A stretch of DNA of 64,000 nucleotides, from the NCBI GenBank assembly GCA_964578255.1, contig CAZOCC010000029.1:29864-93863 (forward strand). Reading direction: 5' to 3'. Positions 59,543 through 64,000 of this stretch are shown here, one piece after another. Made by a program: the position numbers and the translations under genes. This DNA comes from an uncultured Dehalococcoidia bacterium. Lineage in GTDB: Bacteria; Chloroflexota; Dehalococcoidia; Lucifugimonadales; UBA2985. Under the pieces are notes generated by a model. It did not search any database. It saw only the letters and a program-made list of their open reading frames with translations, and had not been told where the DNA came from. Numbering within the stretch: position 1 is the stretch's first letter; each line of letters opens with the position of its first letter.

Positions 59543-61918
59543 TTATTTGAAACGGAACTTTCGTAGCCTTAATGAATTAGTGACTACAGATACAGAACTT
59601 AAGGCCATGGCACCTGCTGCCATGACAGGATTAAGGAATCCGAAGTCACCTAGGATAAGCCTCAAAGGTCCCGCCGGGATGCTGGTATTCAGGATTTTGG
59701 TGAACAGCACAAACAGAAGTCCAGCGGCAATAGGAATCAGCAGAGTATTGTATATGAAGGCCCAGAAAAGGTTCTGTTTGATAATACTAATGGTAGCCTT
59801 GGAGAGGGAAATGGCTTCTGGGACACCCCGTATGTCTCCGCGCATTAGTGTCACATCGGCTGCAGCCATCGCAATGTCAGTGCCGGTACCCATAGCTATC
59901 CCTAAATTTGCTCCGGACAGTGCTGGAGCATCGTTGATGCCATCTCCAACCATAGCTACAATCTTGCCTTCCTTCTGGATGGTGTTTATATGATCGACTT
60001 TCTGGTGAGGCATCACCTCAGCGATTACTCTATCGATATCCAACTGGCTGGCTATTGCATTTGCTGTGCGGGAATTGTCTCCGGTTAACATTATTACTTC
60101 TAAGCCTTGGGAATGCATGGTATCCACTGCCGACCGAGCCTCAGGTCTTAGTGTATCGGCTACAGCGATTATTCCAGCTATCTCGCCGTTCAAAGCCACG
60201 AATACCGGAGTCTTTCCTTGTTGAGAGAATTCCTCTGATTGCACTTCAAGACCATTCAATGAAACGCCATTCTTCTCCATTAAGCCTATGTTTCCTAGGA
60301 TAATGGGTGATCCGTTTATGTTGGCCTCTACTCCATGCCCTGGAAGAGCTTGGAAATGATTGATCTGATTGAGATCCAGATCATTAAGATTGACGGCCTC
60401 CACAATGGCTTGCCCCAGCGGATGTTCCGAGTCGCTTTCGGCAGATGCAGCAATGCTCAGTAGCTCAGTCTCAGTCATATGGACGGCGATCACGTCTGTT
60501 ACTCTGGGTGTCCCCTCAGTTAATGTACCTGTCTTGTCCATTACTACTGTCTGGACTTTGAATGCCGACTCCAGAGATTCGGCATTGCGTATCAATATGC
60601 CCCGCTCAGCTGCCTTACCCATACCAACCATTATGGCTGTGGGAGTGGCTAGTCCAAGGGCACATGGACATGCAATGACTAGTACCGCTACACAATTAAG
60701 TATTGCTATGGGTAATTCAGGATTCACAGGGGCCCATATGATCCAGGTTGAAAACGTGGTTGCCGCCACCACCATCACGGCGGGTACAAAACGACTGGCC
60801 ACTCTATCAGCAAGACGCTGTATAGGAGCTTGTGATCCCTGGGCATCCTGTACCAACTTAATGATCCGTGATAATACCGTGTCGCGACCGACCTTGGTGG
60901 CTATGAAGCGGAAGCTCCCGGTTTTATTGATTGTAGCTCCATAAACCAGAGAACCAGTACTCTTCTCTACAGGCAAGCTTTCTCCGGTGAGCATACTCTC
61001 ATCTATAGTGGAATAGCCTTCCATTATCTCGCCATCGACGGCAATTTTCTCGCCTGGGCGCACTACCAGGATATCGCCGACTATAACATTGTTAATGGAA
61101 ATCGTTGTCTCGGTATTGTCCTTTATAACTTGGGCGGTATTGGGTTGCAGGCCAATAAGTTTACGAATGGAATCAGATGTCTGCCCTTTGGCTCTTGCCT
61201 CCAGAAGTCTGCCCAGGAGCACAAGGCATATAACAATGGCCGAAGCGTCGAAGTATGTGTTAGTGGTGTGGTTAAACAGGCCATGTGCATGAATCAAGTG
61301 GGCGTCATTGAAGAAATCCCCAAAGAATGTAACCACAGTACTATACCCGTACGCTACACTTGTTCCTAATGCTACAAGAGTGTTCATATTGGTTGTTCTG
61401 TGCTTCAAGGCACCCCAAGCGCTCTGATAGAAGATTGCCCCAATCCAGAATTGCACAGGTGTTGCCAGCATCCAGAGTATGAAATTGAGTTGGAAAGAGG
61501 TCAGACGTAGTGTCTCCAAAGGAATATACATGGCGACCATTACTATAGCCCCGACCAAACCGGCAATAAGAACCTTGTGTGCTAATATCCTAATCTCTTT
61601 GGTGCGGGCAAGACGATTCTCTTGATCAATGTCATCATCTCCAGCCACGCCTTCTAAGTTATATCCGGCGTCCTCTACGTTTGCCTTCATACTCTCCACA
61701 GTTGCAAGTCCTGGTACATACTCTACTCTGGCTTGTTCCGTGGCGAGATTGACATTTGCGGTTACAACTCCCTCCAATTCTCTCAAGGCGTTTCCAACGT
61801 GAACTACGCAGGCGGCACAGGTCATATTACCGATATTCAAGGTGATTGTAGCCAGGCCGGCGCTGTGGTTGGATTCCTCGACCGCCAATAACATATTCTT
61901 TGTGTCATTAGATGACAT
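59543..61918 (-). CDS. copA: copper-translocating P1B-type ATPase
   Basis: 791 aa. N-terminal HMA domain ([12 protein letters not shown]), CPC motif ([11 protein letters not shown]), DKTGTLT, and GDGINDAP. Confidence 0.95.
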   Translation of the reverse strand: MSSNDTKNMLLAVEESNHSAGLATITLNIGNMTCAACVVHVGNALRELEGVVTANVNLATEQARVEYVPGLATVESMKANVEDAGYNLEGVAGDDDIDQENRLARTKEIRILAHKVLIAGLVGAIVMVAMYIPLETLRLTSFQLNFILWMLATPVQFWIGAIFYQSAWGALKHRTTNMNTLVALGTSVAYGYSTVVTFFGDFFNDAHLIHAHGLFNHTTNTYFDASAIVICLVLLGRLLEARAKGQTSDSIRKLIGLQPNTAQVIKDNTETTISINNVIVGDILVVRPGEKIAVDGEIMEGYSTIDESMLTGESLPVEKSTGSLVYGATINKTGSFRFIATKVGRDTVLSRIIKLVQDAQGSQAPIQRLADRVASRFVPAVMVVAATTFSTWIIWAPVNPELPIAILNCVAVLVIACPCALGLATPTAIMVGMGKAAERGILIRNAESLESAFKVQTVVMDKTGTLTEGTPRVTDVIAVHMTETELLSIAASAESDSEHPLGQAIVEAVNLNDLDLNQINHFQALPGHGVEANINGSPIILGNIGLMEKNGVSLNGLEVQSEEFSQQGKTPVFVALNGEIAGIIAVADTLRPEARSAVDTMHSQGLEVIMLTGDNSRTANAIASQLDIDRVIAEVMPHQKVDHINTIQKEGKIVAMVGDGINDAPALSGANLGIAMGTGTDIAMAAADVTLMRGDIRGVPEAISLSKATISIIKQNLFWAFIYNTLLIPIAAGLLFVLFTKILNTSIPAGPLRLILGDFGFLNPVMAAGAMALSSVSVVTNSLRLRKFRFK

Positions 61919-61945
61919 GTCTTTGTCTCTCCATAGGTGTACGGA

Positions 61946-62212
61946 TTATTTTCCGTTTAGACTATATAGTTCCAGAAGTTCACCCACCACCTGATCCTCA
62001 CGTCCATCTTTAACTCCTTCAATCACGCAGGTGTGTAGGTGCCCGTCCAAGAGAAGGGCCTCCAGTTTTTCGATAGCCCTACGCACGGCGTATGTTTGCT
62101 TCAAGACATCCACGCAGTACTTCTCCTCATCTACCATTCTCCTTATACCAGCGAGGTGTCCCTCTATGTAGCTAAGTCTTTTCAGGCTTTCGATTTTTGT
62201 ATTGTCTAGCAT
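61946..62212 (-). CDS. csoR: CsoR-family metal-sensing transcriptional repressor
   Basis: 88 aa. The pattern GHLAGIRRMV...YCVDVL.Q..AVRRAI and HLHTCV gives C-H-C ligand positions typical of CsoR/RcnR (DUF156). Confidence 0.85.
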   Translation of the reverse strand: MLDNTKIESLKRLSYIEGHLAGIRRMVDEEKYCVDVLKQTYAVRRAIEKLEALLLDGHLHTCVIEGVKDGREDQVVGELLELYSLNGK

Positions 62213-62222
62213 TGGATCCTCC

Positions 62223-62279
62223 TATACCCATACCCCCGGGGGGTGGGTATAGGATATTACACTCTGTGTGAATGGTCAA
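62223..62279 (-). promoter_or_regulatory. putative cop promoter (TTGACC-N17-TATCCT) overlapping a CsoR-type operator palindrome
   Basis: A 29-bp near-palindrome TATACCCATACCCCCGGGGGGTGGGTATA (62223..62251) has 12 of 14 arm positions complementary and lies just upstream of the csoR SD. On the minus strand, TTGACC (62279..62274) and TATCCT (62256..62251) are spaced 17 nt apart. Confidence 0.65.
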
Positions 62280-62365
62280 TCGCTGCAACTGTGCGTGGAT
62301 TTATAGTGCTTCTGAGCCACAAGAAGCTTGCTGTGTCTAGTAGACGAGGGCTGGCAATCGGTAGA

Positions 62366-63490
62366 CTATTCTTCTATTCTGCTCTTGAAATATTCTTCGT
62401 CCAGTTCAAGACCTAATCCCGGTCTGTCTGGCAATGTTATTGTGCCGTTTTTGATCTCCACGGGATCTTTAAAAAGCTTGAGAACCTGTTCTGGAGGTCC
62501 TGTGAATTCTTCCGAGTATTCATGGGGTCTAATGCCATTTGTTACAGTAGAATAAATATTTAGACTTGCCATAGAGTTAGGACCTACGACTGGGCTATGT
62601 GGCATAAGAATTTTGTTGTGTGCTGTTGCCAGTTCGAAAACCGTTATCATCCCGGATAGTCCTCCGGCCATTAACACATCGGGTTGCAATATGTCTGGGT
62701 TACCCAACTGAATTAAATTCCTGAAACCCCATGGAGAAGACTCACCTTCTCCTGATGAAACCGCACAGTCGAGAGCATCGACAACCTGTTTTAGTCCAGG
62801 CAAATCTTCTGGTGACAAAGGTTCTTCAAACCAAGCTATCCCTAAATCCTCGAACCTTCTCCCTTGTTCAATCGCTGTTGGAACGGAATAACCTCTATTG
62901 GCGTCAAAACTTAGAGAGCAATCATCTGGTAACCACTCTCTACATTTTTTGAATATAGCGAAGTCTTTCTTGGGGTCTGCGTCTTGCCGATATTCCCGCC
63001 AATCCATACGAACTTTGAAGGCTCTAAATCCTTTGTCGTATCCTTCTTGAATTTCGTCCAACATCTCTTCTGGGCTTTTTGCCCAGCCATTACCCCTGCT
63101 CCAGTACAAAGGGATTTCAGTTCTGGCCGCTCCACCCAGCATTTTGCGTATAGGCATGCCTGCTACTTTGCCCATTATGTCCCAGAGGGCCACATCTATA
63201 GATCCCACTATCCTTGATGGAAATCTTGATGACAATTGCCCTTGCCCCAAGGAGAGTATCTCCCATATCCTTCTGGGTTGGCAGGGATCTAAGCCGACTA
63301 GTATAGGTTTTATAAGATCATCTATGTATGTTCTGTACACGGAAAGGGTGAGGCTGCCCTCTGATATACCAGTGATGCCTTCATCAGTATGTATCTGGAT
63401 CAGCAATCTGCCTGGTCTTCCTCCCAGTGAGGTTATGTGTGTGTCCTCAGGTGGCTTCAGTCTATTTACTGTGATATCGGTTATTATCAT
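62366..63490 (-). CDS. enolase-superfamily enzyme (mandelate racemase/muconate lactonizing family)
   Basis: 374 aa. N-terminal capping domain, then KVRMDW, SFDANRGYS, WFEEPL and VSSGEGES barrel motifs. Confidence 0.85.
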   Translation of the reverse strand: MIITDITVNRLKPPEDTHITSLGGRPGRLLIQIHTDEGITGISEGSLTLSVYRTYIDDLIKPILVGLDPCQPRRIWEILSLGQGQLSSRFPSRIVGSIDVALWDIMGKVAGMPIRKMLGGAARTEIPLYWSRGNGWAKSPEEMLDEIQEGYDKGFRAFKVRMDWREYRQDADPKKDFAIFKKCREWLPDDCSLSFDANRGYSVPTAIEQGRRFEDLGIAWFEEPLSPEDLPGLKQVVDALDCAVSSGEGESSPWGFRNLIQLGNPDILQPDVLMAGGLSGMITVFELATAHNKILMPHSPVVGPNSMASLNIYSTVTNGIRPHEYSEEFTGPPEQVLKLFKDPVEIKNGTITLPDRPGLGLELDEEYFKSRIEE

Positions 63491-63541
63491 TACTGCACCT
63501 CATCAGTTAGTTAATACCAGAAGGCTTGTCTCATGCCCACG

Positions 63542-63922
63542 TCAATGCGATGGTGAAGGACCATACTGGTTTGTCCCTTCATGGCTTGGTTTGGCGCACC
63601 ACCAAAACAAAATTACGATCGGAATAAGCAAGAAGAAAGCTAACCACATCAGCTGCCACAAACCTGATCTATTAATGTCGTGGAGTCTTCTGGCTACCAG
63701 TGCCAAACCTGGAACTAGTACGATTAAAGTGAATATATTGCCAAATAACCCACTACGGGTGTCAGGATTGTAAGTGCCTGTAAGGATATCGACGGCATCC
63801 AATATGATGTCTGAAAGCACTACAAACAACACCCACCACCAGAATTCAGCCCTCGTAGATCTGCCTCTAAAGTCGAAATAGTTTTTAAAACCCAGGCTAA
63901 TGGCATTTGGGAAACTTATCAT
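63542..63922 (-). CDS. DUF805-domain membrane protein
   Basis: 126 aa. FKNYFDFRGRSTRAEFWWW and RRLHDINRSGLW motifs are typical of DUF805. Confidence 0.8.
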   Translation of the reverse strand: MISFPNAISLGFKNYFDFRGRSTRAEFWWWVLFVVLSDIILDAVDILTGTYNPDTRSGLFGNIFTLIVLVPGLALVARRLHDINRSGLWQLMWLAFFLLIPIVILFWWCAKPSHEGTNQYGPSPSH

Positions 63923-64000
63923 TGTGTCACCCTTTCCTTACAAACACTTCCTGAGTGGCATGTAACATACACTGTAGACAGGGTTACATGGTAAACACGG

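Noticed and set aside
1-64000. I searched by eye for CRISPR arrays, transposases or integrases, IS inverted repeats, phage genes, toxin-antitoxin pairs and known defence-system components.
   Set aside because: None were found. There are no regularly spaced repeats and no recombinase, nuclease or helicase-type ORFs. The only recombinase-like feature is the N-terminal extension of the GreA-like protein.

Overview
The window reads as a chromosomal segment from a moderately AT-rich bacterium with strong Shine-Dalgarno (SD) sites, which helped place start codons. Housekeeping genes: rpoB-rpoC, tRNA-Val(GAC), tilS, ftsH, a greA-like gene, crcB and degV. These sit among many accessory metabolic and transport genes: six MFS transporters, two tandem-fused family III (CaiB/BaiF) CoA-transferases, an SDR, a DUF35/thiolase-like pair, an HpcH aldolase, an ABM monooxygenase, a molybdopterin hydroxylase large subunit, two DinB-like paralogues, two isochorismatase-family hydrolases, an enolase-superfamily enzyme and Pro/Thr-rich lipoproteins. 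It also carries the SCO1664/DUF3090 pair and a csoR-copA-YHS copper operon. This content suggests a marine Chloroflexota (SAR202-like) genome, but that is inference only. I saw no mobile elements, CRISPR arrays or rRNA. The best lead is a DsbA/FrnE-like oxidoreductase (52439..53074, minus) with an in-frame TGA exactly at the first Cys of its CPWC motif. It has a strong SD before the upstream GTG and a SECIS-like hairpin just downstream, so it is a candidate selenoprotein; the ORF track shows only its C-terminal part. It heads a same-strand cluster: ABM, HpcH aldolase, DinB-like protein, then a Mo-hydroxylase subunit with no partner subunits nearby. Other points worth a second look: each fused CoA-transferase seems to keep the catalytic Asp in only one half, and in opposite halves. 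rpoB has a 1-nt frameshift in a T run. A pncA-like gene has an in-frame TAG and sits next to an NAPRTase-like gene with altered motifs. Two MFS genes have a conserved first helix upstream of any ATG/GTG/TTG. A GreA-like protein has a roughly 115-aa N-terminal extension. A near-perfect 29-bp CsoR-type palindrome lies in the cop promoter. All functional calls come from motif recognition by eye; no database search was possible.
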